Shown in pieces: positions 1 through 10,012 of a stretch of 64,000 nucleotides of DNA. Below the pieces are notes generated by a model. That model saw nothing but the letters and a program-made list of their open reading frames with translations. It was not told where the DNA came from and did not search any database. Source of the DNA: Candidatus Poribacteria bacterium (GTDB lineage Bacteria > Poribacteria > WGA-4E > PCPOR2b); the NCBI GenBank assembly GCA_965208675.1, contig OZ242351.1, positions 1,152,001 to 1,216,000 on the forward strand, read 5' to 3'. The first letter of the stretch is position 1. Every line of letters starts with the position of its first letter. The translations under genes and the position numbers were made by a program.

Positions 1-316
1 TTACTGCAAATCCAAGCAATATTCCCAGTCCCATCAATATTATAGAAAACACCATGGCGCCCTGTCGGGAAATCCTTGCGGACGGAATCGGACGTCCGGG
101 TTTGTTAATCCGATCTATCTCGTAGTCACAATAATCGTTGAGCGCATTTCCCGCCGATAGGAGGAGAAACGCCGAAATCGCTGCCAAAAACACATCGATA
201 TTAGTAACAACGACCCATTCCCCCATTCCGACTGCAAACTTGGCTCCGAAATAGACGGAGCAAAAAGCGATCAATCCGTTTATTGGACGTGAAAGTTCAA
301 GATAAGCTGAAGTCAT
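1..316 (-). CDS. UbiA-family prenyltransferase, DGGGP-synthase-like (5' part; runs off the window start)
   Basis: Not in the ORF track. Manual translation from ATG at 316: MTSAYLELSRPINGLIAFCSVYFGA...SAGNALNDYCDYEIDRINKPGRPIPSARIS, which contains the UbiA NDxxDxxxD motif and the 'DRINKPxRPIPS' segment. Confidence 0.85.
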   Translation of the reverse strand, partial: MTSAYLELSRPINGLIAFCSVYFGAKFAVGMGEWVVVTNIDVFLAAISAFLLLSAGNALNDYCDYEIDRINKPGRPIPSARISRQGAMVFSIILMGLGILLGFAV

Positions 317-344
317 ACGGGTAACCGCCAAATGCGTAGGGTTG

Positions 345-1370
345 TTACGCGTCGCGCCCTGGATATGTGATGCCGAATCTTGCGGAATAATACCAGCGTA
401 TGAGAATTAGACTTCCTGCGAGTAAAATAAGATAAAATGGGACTAAAACACAAGCGATTAGTGAAAGAATGAGTATACCAGCCCGTGCCGCGAAGATAAT
501 TACCCTTCGTTCTCTCCTGAAGTTCATATATATGAAAGGCGGTAAACAGAGTAATGCGGTAAACAATGGTATCATATCTCTGACCCGCCATGCGGCCAAA
601 ATTGCGCCTACCAATAGCAACAAGCTCAACAAGCAGGATAGCTTGGCGCCTAATATTACGCCGGTGGTACGATCTCCGAATTCACTGTCGCCGTTCAAAT
701 CTGGGAGCGTTGTGTTGACAAAGGCTGCCCCCACACACAAGGCATAAGGGATTATCCGCCGCAAGGCTTCGCTGTTAATCGGCGCTGCTATCGCCCAGCC
801 GATTAAAAATGCGATGCCGCCATAGCCGACAGCGTTCGCTAAAAGGTCGAGGAAGGGTCGCCCTTTTAATCGAACTGGACGAACGGAATAAATCACGCCA
901 AGTAAGATTGAAAGCCCAATTAGGACGAGATAACTCAGGTTGTTTCTAAACCATAAGCCTGCCCAGACCACGGCAGAAACCAGTAACATGCCGGCTTCCA
1001 ATACAAGCAGCCGTAATTTCACATGTCCCTGAGCAACGAGAAAGAGTTTGTTGTTTGCGGCGTCTGTTTCTTTGTCGCAGATTTGATTGATGATGTAAAT
1101 TGCCCCCATCAGCATAGAGTACAAACAGAGGGTACCCATCAACTCATGATTGGGACGAACCAATATATTAAATTTCGGTAGAAATGAGAGCTGTACTGCC
1201 CTCAATCCTTCGTATGTAGGATTTTCAGTCAATGCGCCATAATGGCCAAGCAACACAAGCGTCCAAACCGGCAACAGTAGTGTTGGACGAAGGACAATCA
1301 GATAATCCAAAAGATGCAACGCTTTTTGTGTCGCGGATTGCAGCTTGTTTTGAGTGAGTGAATTTCCCAT
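345..1370 (-). CDS. UbiA-family prenyltransferase (second paralogue)
   Basis: Multi-TM protein with NQICDKETD and DLNGDSEFGDRT Asp-rich motifs; start at 1370 or 1412. Confidence 0.8.
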   Translation of the reverse strand: MGNSLTQNKLQSATQKALHLLDYLIVLRPTLLLPVWTLVLLGHYGALTENPTYEGLRAVQLSFLPKFNILVRPNHELMGTLCLYSMLMGAIYIINQICDKETDAANNKLFLVAQGHVKLRLLVLEAGMLLVSAVVWAGLWFRNNLSYLVLIGLSILLGVIYSVRPVRLKGRPFLDLLANAVGYGGIAFLIGWAIAAPINSEALRRIIPYALCVGAAFVNTTLPDLNGDSEFGDRTTGVILGAKLSCLLSLLLLVGAILAAWRVRDMIPLFTALLCLPPFIYMNFRRERRVIIFAARAGILILSLIACVLVPFYLILLAGSLILIRWYYSARFGITYPGRDA

Positions 1371-1434
1371 TACAAATCCGACCGCGCCCGAGATGCCGCG
1401 TCTACAATACATGGGAATTCTTGCGTATGACGCA

Positions 1435-2271
1435 TTATGCGAAACGTAACATGTTTAAGTATGCGAATCGATTGATGAGTCTGTTTTTGAAGCACTCAAT
1501 TTGAAAACGATGTCTTCCCAATAAACCGAGTTTTCCCTGGAAGGAACGAAAAGTATCACATCGATAGATTCCCATCCGCGGGAAACGGTACATCGCGTCA
1601 CGGGATAATTCCCGGACTGGATCCAAGCAAAACGCGATACGATATCCCGCAGATTTCACCAAATTTGAGGTCTCGGCATCCACACTCCCATACGGATATG
1701 CGAAACTCCGAACAGGGTGGTCTATAATATGCTCGAGCCGAGATTTAGATTCCTCAAGTTCTGCCTTTGCCTCGATTCGGCTGCAATGCGTTAAGAAGCG
1801 GTGATGCAATCCGTGGGACCCAAACCCAATGCCATTTTGGAAGAGTGTTTTGATTTGGCTTTCGCTCAGATGTTTAGGGCGCTTTAAACTGCGCTGCACA
1901 TCCCACTCATTCAACCGTCCAATGTACGCCGCAAGCATAAACACGGTTGCCGTTAAGCCGTATTTTTTCAAGATCGGGTAGGCGTAATTATAGAAGTTTT
2001 CATAGCCGTCATCGAACGTAATCAGGATTGGATTGGATGGCAAAGCGGAATGAGATGAAATGAATTGAATTAAGCTATCCGGAGTGATAGCGGTATACCC
2101 CTGCGCCGCAATAAATCGCATCTGGGACTCAAAAGTTTGCGGAGAAATAGAGTTTACCCCAAGTTCAAATTCAACATCCACTTGATGATAAGCCAGTACA
2201 GGAATACACCATTTCATTGAGAGAGGAGATAGGTGTTTTGAAACTTCTCTACGACTCAGTCGATTCCTCAT
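1435..2271 (-). CDS. Polysaccharide deacetylase (CE4/NodB, IcaB-like)
   Basis: IPVLAYHQV, ITFDDGY, GSHGLHH and FAYPYG motifs. Confidence 0.9.
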   Translation of the reverse strand: MRNRLSRREVSKHLSPLSMKWCIPVLAYHQVDVEFELGVNSISPQTFESQMRFIAAQGYTAITPDSLIQFISSHSALPSNPILITFDDGYENFYNYAYPILKKYGLTATVFMLAAYIGRLNEWDVQRSLKRPKHLSESQIKTLFQNGIGFGSHGLHHRFLTHCSRIEAKAELEESKSRLEHIIDHPVRSFAYPYGSVDAETSNLVKSAGYRIAFCLDPVRELSRDAMYRFPRMGIYRCDTFRSFQGKLGLLGRHRFQIECFKNRLINRFAYLNMLRFA

Positions 2272-3325
2272 TAATTCGGCGGCACTTGTCTTCTAGCTCA
2301 AGCACTCGCTGCTGAAGCCGGGAGAACTCTTGCAACATAGTTGGAAGCTTGCGCAGGGAAGCCTGGATACGTAATTGCTGCGCGTGCGGCCGCGCCGGGA
2401 ATCCGGACACATAACTTCCCGCCGGCGTATCCTTTGTGACCGCGGATTTTGCGAAGATAATGTTCCCTTCGCTTATTGTGAGATGTCCTGCAACCCCTGA
2501 TTGCCCCGCCATCGTGACCCTGTCTTTGAGTTCGCTGCTGCCTGCGATTCCGGACTGTGCAGCGATACAACAATCTTCACCAATAGTGACATTGTGGGCG
2601 ACCTGCACCAGATTGTCGATTTTGGTGCCGCGTTTGATTATTGTCGCCCCATTCGTCATCGTAGCGCGGTCAATTGTCGAATTGGCGCCAATTTCCACAT
2701 CATCTTGAATGATTACCGTGCCAACCTGCGGAATCTTATAGTATCGGTCGCTGACGGCCGCAAAACCAAACCCATCGCTGCCAATTACCGCTCGACTGTG
2801 AATAATGACACGATTCCCAACCTTGACCGCATTGTAAATGGTGACACCGGGATAGAAGAGCACATCACTCCCAATCTCGACGTCATCTCCGATATATACA
2901 AATGGGTTGATAACCGCGCCATTCCCAATTTTGACGTTATCTCCGATGACGGCAAATGCTTGGATGGAAACCTGCTCCGCAATCTGGGCGTTTTTGCCGA
3001 TGATTGCAGTTTCATGGATGCCGTACTCGATTTTCCGTTTTGGCCATGCAAACATCTCCATCACTTTGACGAAAGCAAAATACGGATTATCCGTACGAAT
3101 CGTCGGCTTGCCATTTTCTCCATTCATCGGACAAAAGTCCTTGCCGATGATGACTGCGGAAGCTTGGGTGTGCTCCATTTCCCCGCGGTACTTTGCGTTT
3201 GCCACAAAGGTAATTTCGTGCTCTTGCGCCTCCTTAATACCCGACACGCCCCGAATTTCAATCTCGCCGTCGCCGCATAACTCTCCGCCAATTAACTCAC
3301 TTACTTCCTTCAACTTCTTTATCAT
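2249..3325 (-). CDS. lpxD: UDP-3-O-(3-hydroxyacyl)glucosamine N-acyltransferase
   Basis: Hexapeptide repeats, GSDGFGF, IPQVGTV, IDRAT and KIDNLVQVAHNV. Confidence 0.97.
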   Translation of the reverse strand: MIKKLKEVSELIGGELCGDGEIEIRGVSGIKEAQEHEITFVANAKYRGEMEHTQASAVIIGKDFCPMNGENGKPTIRTDNPYFAFVKVMEMFAWPKRKIEYGIHETAIIGKNAQIAEQVSIQAFAVIGDNVKIGNGAVINPFVYIGDDVEIGSDVLFYPGVTIYNAVKVGNRVIIHSRAVIGSDGFGFAAVSDRYYKIPQVGTVIIQDDVEIGANSTIDRATMTNGATIIKRGTKIDNLVQVAHNVTIGEDCCIAAQSGIAGSSELKDRVTMAGQSGVAGHLTISEGNIIFAKSAVTKDTPAGSYVSGFPARPHAQQLRIQASLRKLPTMLQEFSRLQQRVLELEDKCRRINEESTES

Positions 3326-3473
3326 CGTTCTTCGAGTTGACGATTGCTGCGCATCAACCGTGCCCCATTAAGCTGCTCTTTTTTTTCACTCCCGGCCGTC
3401 TGCAAGCGGACAATCCGCCAACTGCTTGCTCTACTGTACATTGATAACCGTAAATGTGCGAATGTGCGAGCAG

Positions 3474-4067
3474 CTACTCTTCTTTAGCGTCATCAGTAAC
3501 TGCAGCGGGTTTATCATCCTCAGCCGCGGCTTCTTGTTCGTACGCCGTATTCAATATCGCAATTATGTTTTCCGTTAGATCGTGCTTCGGGTCAACATAC
3601 AGCGTCACTAGCCGTTTTTCCAGAATTAGACTATAATTTTCGTTCGTACCGATCTGTTGAATTAACGCTTGAATTTCGTTCAAAATGGGCTGGAACAGTT
3701 CCGTCTGTTTTTCCTGTAGCGCGCCTTGGCCGACCTCCAGCTCACGCTGAAACTCCTGCTTTTTCCGCAGAATGTCACCCTCAAAAGTCTGTGTGGCCGA
3801 TTCATCAAGGAAAAGTTTTTGCTTGGTCAGACTGTCTTCCATGTCTACGATTTCTTCCCTAAGTGCTTCCAATTTATCGCTAAGCCGCTGTTCCGCAGTT
3901 TTCAGAACATTTATCGCTTGCTCAGCTTTTTTGTAACTTTCAAACACACCTTGGGTGTCAACAACGCCGATTTTGAAATTGCTTTGCGCCAATGCACAAA
4001 AGTGGAGTAGAAACAACCCCGATGAAACGATGCTCAAAGGTAAATATAATTTCCGATTTCGAATCAT
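3474..4067 (-). CDS. skp: Periplasmic chaperone Skp/OmpH
   Basis: Signal peptide, KIGVVD, coiled coil, DLT..I near the C-terminus; lies between bamA and lpxD; start reassigned to ATG 4067. Confidence 0.9.
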   Translation of the reverse strand: MIRNRKLYLPLSIVSSGLFLLHFCALAQSNFKIGVVDTQGVFESYKKAEQAINVLKTAEQRLSDKLEALREEIVDMEDSLTKQKLFLDESATQTFEGDILRKKQEFQRELEVGQGALQEKQTELFQPILNEIQALIQQIGTNENYSLILEKRLVTLYVDPKHDLTENIIAILNTAYEQEAAAEDDKPAAVTDDAKEE

Positions 4068-4125
4068 GCTTTTTTCCTTGTAAGAGTATGCGCACCTTCT
4101 GGTAGTTGCAGTTCCCTGAAGGCAA

Positions 4126-6504
4126 TTAAAAACCTGGACCAATAGTGAAGTGAATCTTACCTCCCGGCTCTTTAATCCCGTCGCCGTCTCTATCGCGATC
4201 AAATCCATATCCCCATTCTAATCGTGCGAGCATGCCTAGCAAATCAAAGCGGATGCCAATGCCGGCACCTTTCTTGAAATCAAGATCTTTGAAGATATTT
4301 GGGGTACTCTCGTGCCACACATGTCCAATATCAAAGAACACGGCGCCGGTTAACTGTGGGCTGATTGGAATACGATATTCAAAATTCCCGTAAACCATCT
4401 TGTTTCCACCGAAAAATGCGCCATCGCTCGGACTGATTTCATGCCACTCATACCCGCGGATGGTGTCGTCGCCGCCGAGGCGGAAGCGTTCATAGCGAAG
4501 GACGCTGCTATCCTCAATGCGGCTTTTCAAGTATCCGGCTCGCACATGGCTGGCAAAGACAAAATGCCGCCCCGTATTTACAAATAAACTGGAGTCCAGA
4601 GAATATCTTTGAAACCGATTTTCTGCGCCAAAAATGCCACCCGCGTATTCATAAGAGGCTGTGTTGAGAAGCCCAGATACCGGGTAGTAGGAACTCCGCC
4701 AATAGTCGCGCGTATCCCTTGACAAGTAAAACGTCACGCTACGTGTTAAGCGACTAACAATATTCTCACGCTCTCCGGTGACGGGGTCAAAGGCATTGGT
4801 GTAATGAATTCGCTCGTTTTTAAGGCGTACGGATGCATCCATATCTCTAGTGATTGGACGCCCGAGCGTTACAGCGCCGCCTTTACGCGTAAAAACATCC
4901 CGATTGCCCCAAGTATTCAAAGGCCGGCTTGAGTAATTGCTGGTAAACGGCGAATATCTATTATATCGATATGACCTACGGGTATTGTACAAACTCAGAT
5001 TGAGGCGCGTGGGGGTCCCGAGAATCCAGGGTGTATTGAACCGAAGTTCAGCGGTGTGCCGATCTCTGGCGCCTAACTCGCCCTTCAAGTGAATACGGTA
5101 AGCGCGTCCGAAGAGGTTATTTTCGCCGACTTCCGCGACGCCGAAAATTCCACCTTCAGTGCCATAACCGCCTCCCAAACTAAACATACCCGTGCGTGGG
5201 GATTCCGCTACGTTGACGCTAAGATCCCGCAGTGTTCCTTCCGATTCACTTGGTACAAAGTCCACACCTCGAATGAAGGGGCCCATCTGGAAAAGCCGCT
5301 GACGCGCTTTGCGCAGGGAGGCTACATCAAAAAATTCGCCCGATTTTATATCTAAATGATTAAGCTCGCGCCGTATCACATTCTCTCTTGTCTTTTCTAA
5401 ACCGTTGATGCTAACTTTATCAATGACGATGACATCCCCTTCGTTCACGTTCAACGAAATCTTGAGGCTGCCACTTTCTTCGTCATAATCGGGATGAGGA
5501 ACAATCTCGGCTAAGATATAACCCTTATTTTGGTAGGCTTCTTGAATCTCGTCAAGGGATTTTTGGAATTCGCCGCTATTGAAGATTTCGCCCTCAGGCG
5601 GCTCTAACATATCACGAATCTTTTCTTCGGAAAACGCCGGTTTATCCGACTGTTGAAGTTTGATGTCGTACAAATCAACGATGTATTGCGTGCCTTCATC
5701 GACGGTAATGTCCAGCATCATCCCCGTCTTATCATCAGTAAAGCGTTTTGTATAATCGTCGTTGATTTTTGCCTGAGTGTATCCCCTGTCCTGATAATAG
5801 TGAAGCAATGTGAGTAAATCCGCTTTAAGTAAATTTTCGTCAAAATGCTTTCCAACACGGATTTTCATCTGCTTCCCAAGTTTTTTCGAGGAGATTTCAT
5901 CATTGCCAATGAAGTTTATTTCTTGGACTTTTATTCTTGGACCTTCACTAATGTCAAATGTTACCGAAATCGTATTGTTATCTGGATTCAAATCCGCATG
6001 GGTTTGCACGGCAACTAGATAGTAACCAGCGTCTTTGTACGCATTAAGAATCTTCTGCTCGCTTTCCCAACGGCGTTGATCGCTGTAGATTTCGCCTGGT
6101 TTGAGTGTAATCTCTCCATTGATTTTTTTGTAACTCAACTTTTCATTCCCAATAATGTTAATGCCGCCTTCGATTTTGGGGCTTTCCGTCAATCGGTAAA
6201 TGACTTCAAGTCCACCTTCATCTAGCGGTTCAACATCAACGGCAATGTCGGAGAAAAAACCTGTGTCTTTGTAAAGATTTTTGATATCCTTCGTTAATTG
6301 GTCAGGGGAAATCTCTTCGCCGACTTTGGTCTGTATAATAGCACGAAGCATGTCCTCCGGACCGCCTTCCGCTCCTTGAAACGAGATTTTCTTGACAGTC
6401 AAGGCGTCATCGTTTGCGGGTGTTGTTTCTTCAGCATAGAGGCTTACTGAACCCATGACTACGGTAAGCATCACAACCAATAAAACGGTTCTAATCGGGT
6501 TCAC
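4126..6504 (-). CDS. bamA: Outer-membrane protein assembly factor BamA
   Basis: Signal peptide, five POTRA-like repeats, beta-barrel with IRGY motif and C-terminal Phe. Confidence 0.95.
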   Translation of the reverse strand: MNPIRTVLLVVMLTVVMGSVSLYAEETTPANDDALTVKKISFQGAEGGPEDMLRAIIQTKVGEEISPDQLTKDIKNLYKDTGFFSDIAVDVEPLDEGGLEVIYRLTESPKIEGGINIIGNEKLSYKKINGEITLKPGEIYSDQRRWESEQKILNAYKDAGYYLVAVQTHADLNPDNNTISVTFDISEGPRIKVQEINFIGNDEISSKKLGKQMKIRVGKHFDENLLKADLLTLLHYYQDRGYTQAKINDDYTKRFTDDKTGMMLDITVDEGTQYIVDLYDIKLQQSDKPAFSEEKIRDMLEPPEGEIFNSGEFQKSLDEIQEAYQNKGYILAEIVPHPDYDEESGSLKISLNVNEGDVIVIDKVSINGLEKTRENVIRRELNHLDIKSGEFFDVASLRKARQRLFQMGPFIRGVDFVPSESEGTLRDLSVNVAESPRTGMFSLGGGYGTEGGIFGVAEVGENNLFGRAYRIHLKGELGARDRHTAELRFNTPWILGTPTRLNLSLYNTRRSYRYNRYSPFTSNYSSRPLNTWGNRDVFTRKGGAVTLGRPITRDMDASVRLKNERIHYTNAFDPVTGERENIVSRLTRSVTFYLSRDTRDYWRSSYYPVSGLLNTASYEYAGGIFGAENRFQRYSLDSSLFVNTGRHFVFASHVRAGYLKSRIEDSSVLRYERFRLGGDDTIRGYEWHEISPSDGAFFGGNKMVYGNFEYRIPISPQLTGAVFFDIGHVWHESTPNIFKDLDFKKGAGIGIRFDLLGMLARLEWGYGFDRDRDGDGIKEPGGKIHFTIGPGF

Positions 6505-6665
6505 GATGAATTCTCCTTTCTATCGTGTATCCTGCCATCAAGACTCAAGTCAATGCGGCCACCATAGGATGACCTACGTCGAATATGCATTATCGCCGCA
6601 AAAAAATTTTCTAAACGGGAGAATTGTCTCCCTAAAACTCTAAGGTTTACCGAATTATGCCCACA

Positions 6666-7541
6666 TCAATCGGGATAAATTGGGGAACCGACTAGGCCTG
6701 TAATCTGGTGAAATTCCTCAATCAATTTCTGCGTTACGACACCAGGACTCCCAATGCCGATGACTCGGCTATCAATTTTCACAACAGGAATAACTTCAGC
6801 GGCTGTGCCCGTTAAGAAACATTCATCAGCGGTATAAAGGTCATGCCGCGTGAAAATTTTCTCCTCCACAACAAGACCCAGGTCCCTCGCTAAATCAATA
6901 ACGGTATTGCGCGTAACGCCCTCTAGAATGCCAATATGAATGGGTGGGGTGACAACTGTACCATTTTTGACAAAGAAGATGTTGTCACCCGAACACTCGA
7001 CAACATAGCCATCAGCATTAAGCATCAGTGCTTCACCGGCTCCAGCCTGTTTTCCCTCTATATTCGCTAAGATATTGTTGAGGTAGTTCATCGATTTGAC
7101 CCGCGGGTTTATGGCTTCCGCGTAGTTCCGGCGGGTCGGAACCGTTACGATTTCAAGACCGTCCTCATAGCATTCCTGTGGGTAAAGCGCTATGTTATCT
7201 GTGATGATAATTATCGTGGGTTGGTCGCACTTGTCCGGGTCCAGACCGAGATCGCCGACACCACGCGTGATTATCAGACGAATATAAGCGTCGTAAAGAT
7301 TATTTCGGCGAAGCGTTTCCAATACGGCGGCTTCCATCTCCTCGATTGGAACCGCAATCTCCAGCATAATTGCCTTTGCTGAATCGAAAAGCCGCTGTAG
7401 GTGCTCGTCCAACTTAAACACCCGTCCTCTATAGGATCGAATACCTTCAAAAACCCCATCGCCATAGAGGAGGCCGTGATCGAAAACAGAAACCTTAGCT
7501 TCTCCCTTCGGCACATATTGTCCATTAATATAAACTAACAT
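6666..7541 (-). CDS. ilvE: Branched-chain amino acid aminotransferase
   Basis: DHGLLYGDGVFEG, KSMNYLNN and FLTGTAAE; start reassigned to 7541. Confidence 0.95.
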   Translation of the reverse strand: MLVYINGQYVPKGEAKVSVFDHGLLYGDGVFEGIRSYRGRVFKLDEHLQRLFDSAKAIMLEIAVPIEEMEAAVLETLRRNNLYDAYIRLIITRGVGDLGLDPDKCDQPTIIIITDNIALYPQECYEDGLEIVTVPTRRNYAEAINPRVKSMNYLNNILANIEGKQAGAGEALMLNADGYVVECSGDNIFFVKNGTVVTPPIHIGILEGVTRNTVIDLARDLGLVVEEKIFTRHDLYTADECFLTGTAAEVIPVVKIDSRVIGIGSPGVVTQKLIEEFHQITGLVGSPIYPD

Positions 7542-7686
7542 AGCAATTTTCCTTCGCACGGCGGGCGACCGTGCGGGTTCCCCTGTAAGAACCATTACTT
7601 AATAAATCGAATACGCATTGCCCGAGATTTCGAACCTCGTTCCTAAACCGGGATACAATCTTCGCTAATGCTCTAAATTTAGCTCC

Positions 7687-8388
7687 TTATGAAGATTGGC
7701 TGTCTATTTGCACCAAATCTGACACTTTTCCATCGGCGAGGATAATGTGTCGATCTGCTCGTCGCGCAATCGCCTGATTATGCGTCACAACGATTAAAGT
7801 TTGACCCAACTGCTTATTAAGGTCCCACAATAAATCAATCACGGCTTCACTTGTCCGACGATCGAGGTTACCCGTCGGTTCATCTGCTAATACGGCTTGG
7901 GGTTGGTTGATTACAGCGCGCGCGATTGCAACGCGCTGCCGCTCGCCGCCGGACAGTTGGCTAGGGTAATGGGCAAGCCGACCTTCTAAACCCACGTAGT
8001 CAAGCAAGTCTTTGGCTCGGACGTATCCCGCCTCTGAGTTTTCGCCGGCAATCCACGCTGCCATCGCTACATTTTCGACTGCTGTAAACTCCCCCAATAG
8101 GTGGTGAAACTGAAAGACAAATCCGATTTCCTGATTTCTGAATCCATCTAAACGTCTGTCATTAAAGTCAAAAATATCTCGATTTTCGTAAAAGATTTGC
8201 CCCCGCGTGGGGCGGTCTAACCCGCCAATTAGATGAAGTAGTGTACTCTTACCAACGCCTGACGCGCCGACAATCGCCAGGATTTCACCTGACTCCACCT
8301 CTAAATCCACCCCTTTGAGAACCGGAAGTTCTGTTAACCCGTCATAATAGGATTTATATAAATCCACAACCCGAATCAGATTACTCAT
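7687..8388 (-). CDS. lolD: Lipoprotein-releasing ABC transporter ATPase
   Basis: [26 protein letters not shown] and DEPTGNLD. Confidence 0.93.
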   Translation of the reverse strand: MSNLIRVVDLYKSYYDGLTELPVLKGVDLEVESGEILAIVGASGVGKSTLLHLIGGLDRPTRGQIFYENRDIFDFNDRRLDGFRNQEIGFVFQFHHLLGEFTAVENVAMAAWIAGENSEAGYVRAKDLLDYVGLEGRLAHYPSQLSGGERQRVAIARAVINQPQAVLADEPTGNLDRRTSEAVIDLLWDLNKQLGQTLIVVTHNQAIARRADRHIILADGKVSDLVQIDSQSS

Positions 8389-9862
8389 ATCTCAGCGCCT
8401 CGACGGGGTTAAGATTCGAAGCTTGCCATGCAGGATACATCGTCGCCAACAGGCAGATTGAGAATGATAGGACGTTCATAAAGCCAACGAAAAACCAGTT
8501 AATTTTAACTGGTAACCGGTTGAGTTGATAAACCTGACTAAAATCTTGCCCAAATATGCTGTCGAGATAGATGGGTTGAATTAGGCAGAAGAGAGACAAA
8601 CCGATTGTCGCCACCCAAACCAATGTGAGTGAGCCTTTTAGCCCGAAATGCAATTTTTTCATTCGCCGCAACGCGAAATGTATCGCAATCGGCAGCAGAA
8701 TCAGCAATGCAAACCAGCGTGAGGGACGGAGTATTTGCAACTCAAGGAACCAACATACGACTAGGCCAAACCCTGTGCCCATTAGCGACCCTAGAATGCC
8801 GATGACAGTTCCTTGAAAGACAAAAATCTTCCGAATTGACCCTTTTGAGCCCCCCATCGCCCTAAGAATTCCAATGTCACGTGTTTTTTCCATGACCATC
8901 ATGATTAGTGTACTTGCGATATTGAATGCGGCGACAATAATAATTAAAGCCTCAATAATCACTGTCACAATTTTTTCTAACTTAAAGGCATCAAATAGGT
9001 GCCCGTGAAGTTCCATCCATGTCTGGGCAATGGGCATAGACCGTAACCCCTCTCCAAAACGAAGTTGTTCAAGGATTCGATTACGGATCGTTTCCGCTAA
9101 ATCGGCATTATCTATATGCACCTCAATCATATTAATTGCGTTCGGTTGTCCATAGGCTTTCTGCGCTGTCTCAAGGTCAATAAAGCCGAACGCATTGTCA
9201 TAGGTATACATCCCAGACTCATAGAACCCGATGACGACAAAATTGCGAATTAAAGGAAGAAAACTGTCAGGTTGAACGGGAGACTGCCGCATTTGGAATA
9301 TCAGCCGGAGAACATCGCCCTTTGAAACTTGCATGCGACTCGCAACATGGTGACCCAAGATTATACCGCCCGCAATCGTTTCTTTTCCAGCCAAACGTTT
9401 CCGCACGTCTTCAATTAGTCGAGCACTCTGGAATTTAACTGACCCGTCGACAAAATTCGAGAATCCTGTTACGTTATCCTCCTTTGCCAAATCAATGCCT
9501 TTGAGGTAAATTGTCGATTCAATTGTGTCTCTATCCTTGGGCCAAACGGCTAGTTGCGTATAAATTACAGGTGAAGCAGCGACAACCCCTTCTACCGATT
9601 CGACTTGTTGAATTTTTTCCTGATAATCCTTAAAGTAAACATCGGGGGATCGAATGATGATGTGGGCTTCATTCGCCAGAAATTTCTGCCTTAAGCCGTA
9701 ATCAAATCCGTTCAAAACAGAGATAACTAGAATGACAGTAGCAATGCCGAGTGCTACCCCGCCGATAGAGATTACGGTGATAATAGAGATAAAAGACTGC
9801 TTGCGCTGCGACCGCAGGTATCGAGAACCAATGAACCATTCATACTTCATAATTTGTAACAC
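8381..9862 (-). CDS. lolE: Lipoprotein-releasing ABC transporter permease (LolC/E/F family)
   Basis: N-terminal RYLRS..SFIS..S..GV, VAAFNI..TL.M.V.EK..DIGIL and C-terminal [16 protein letters not shown]. Confidence 0.88.
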   Translation of the reverse strand: MLQIMKYEWFIGSRYLRSQRKQSFISIITVISIGGVALGIATVILVISVLNGFDYGLRQKFLANEAHIIIRSPDVYFKDYQEKIQQVESVEGVVAASPVIYTQLAVWPKDRDTIESTIYLKGIDLAKEDNVTGFSNFVDGSVKFQSARLIEDVRKRLAGKETIAGGIILGHHVASRMQVSKGDVLRLIFQMRQSPVQPDSFLPLIRNFVVIGFYESGMYTYDNAFGFIDLETAQKAYGQPNAINMIEVHIDNADLAETIRNRILEQLRFGEGLRSMPIAQTWMELHGHLFDAFKLEKIVTVIIEALIIIVAAFNIASTLIMMVMEKTRDIGILRAMGGSKGSIRKIFVFQGTVIGILGSLMGTGFGLVVCWFLELQILRPSRWFALLILLPIAIHFALRRMKKLHFGLKGSLTLVWVATIGLSLFCLIQPIYLDSIFGQDFSQVYQLNRLPVKINWFFVGFMNVLSFSICLLATMYPAWQASNLNPVEALRYE

Positions 9863-10012
9863 ATTAAATGCACAACGTACCTTTCCACGTTATCCAATCC
9901 CTGCCGTTACCTACGGACTCTAGTGACGCGCTTGAGGGATAGCCCCTCAAATCGACCATTAATCCTCCACGCTGCAAAACACGGCATTATAACTAAATCA
10001 GAATTTCGGTAA

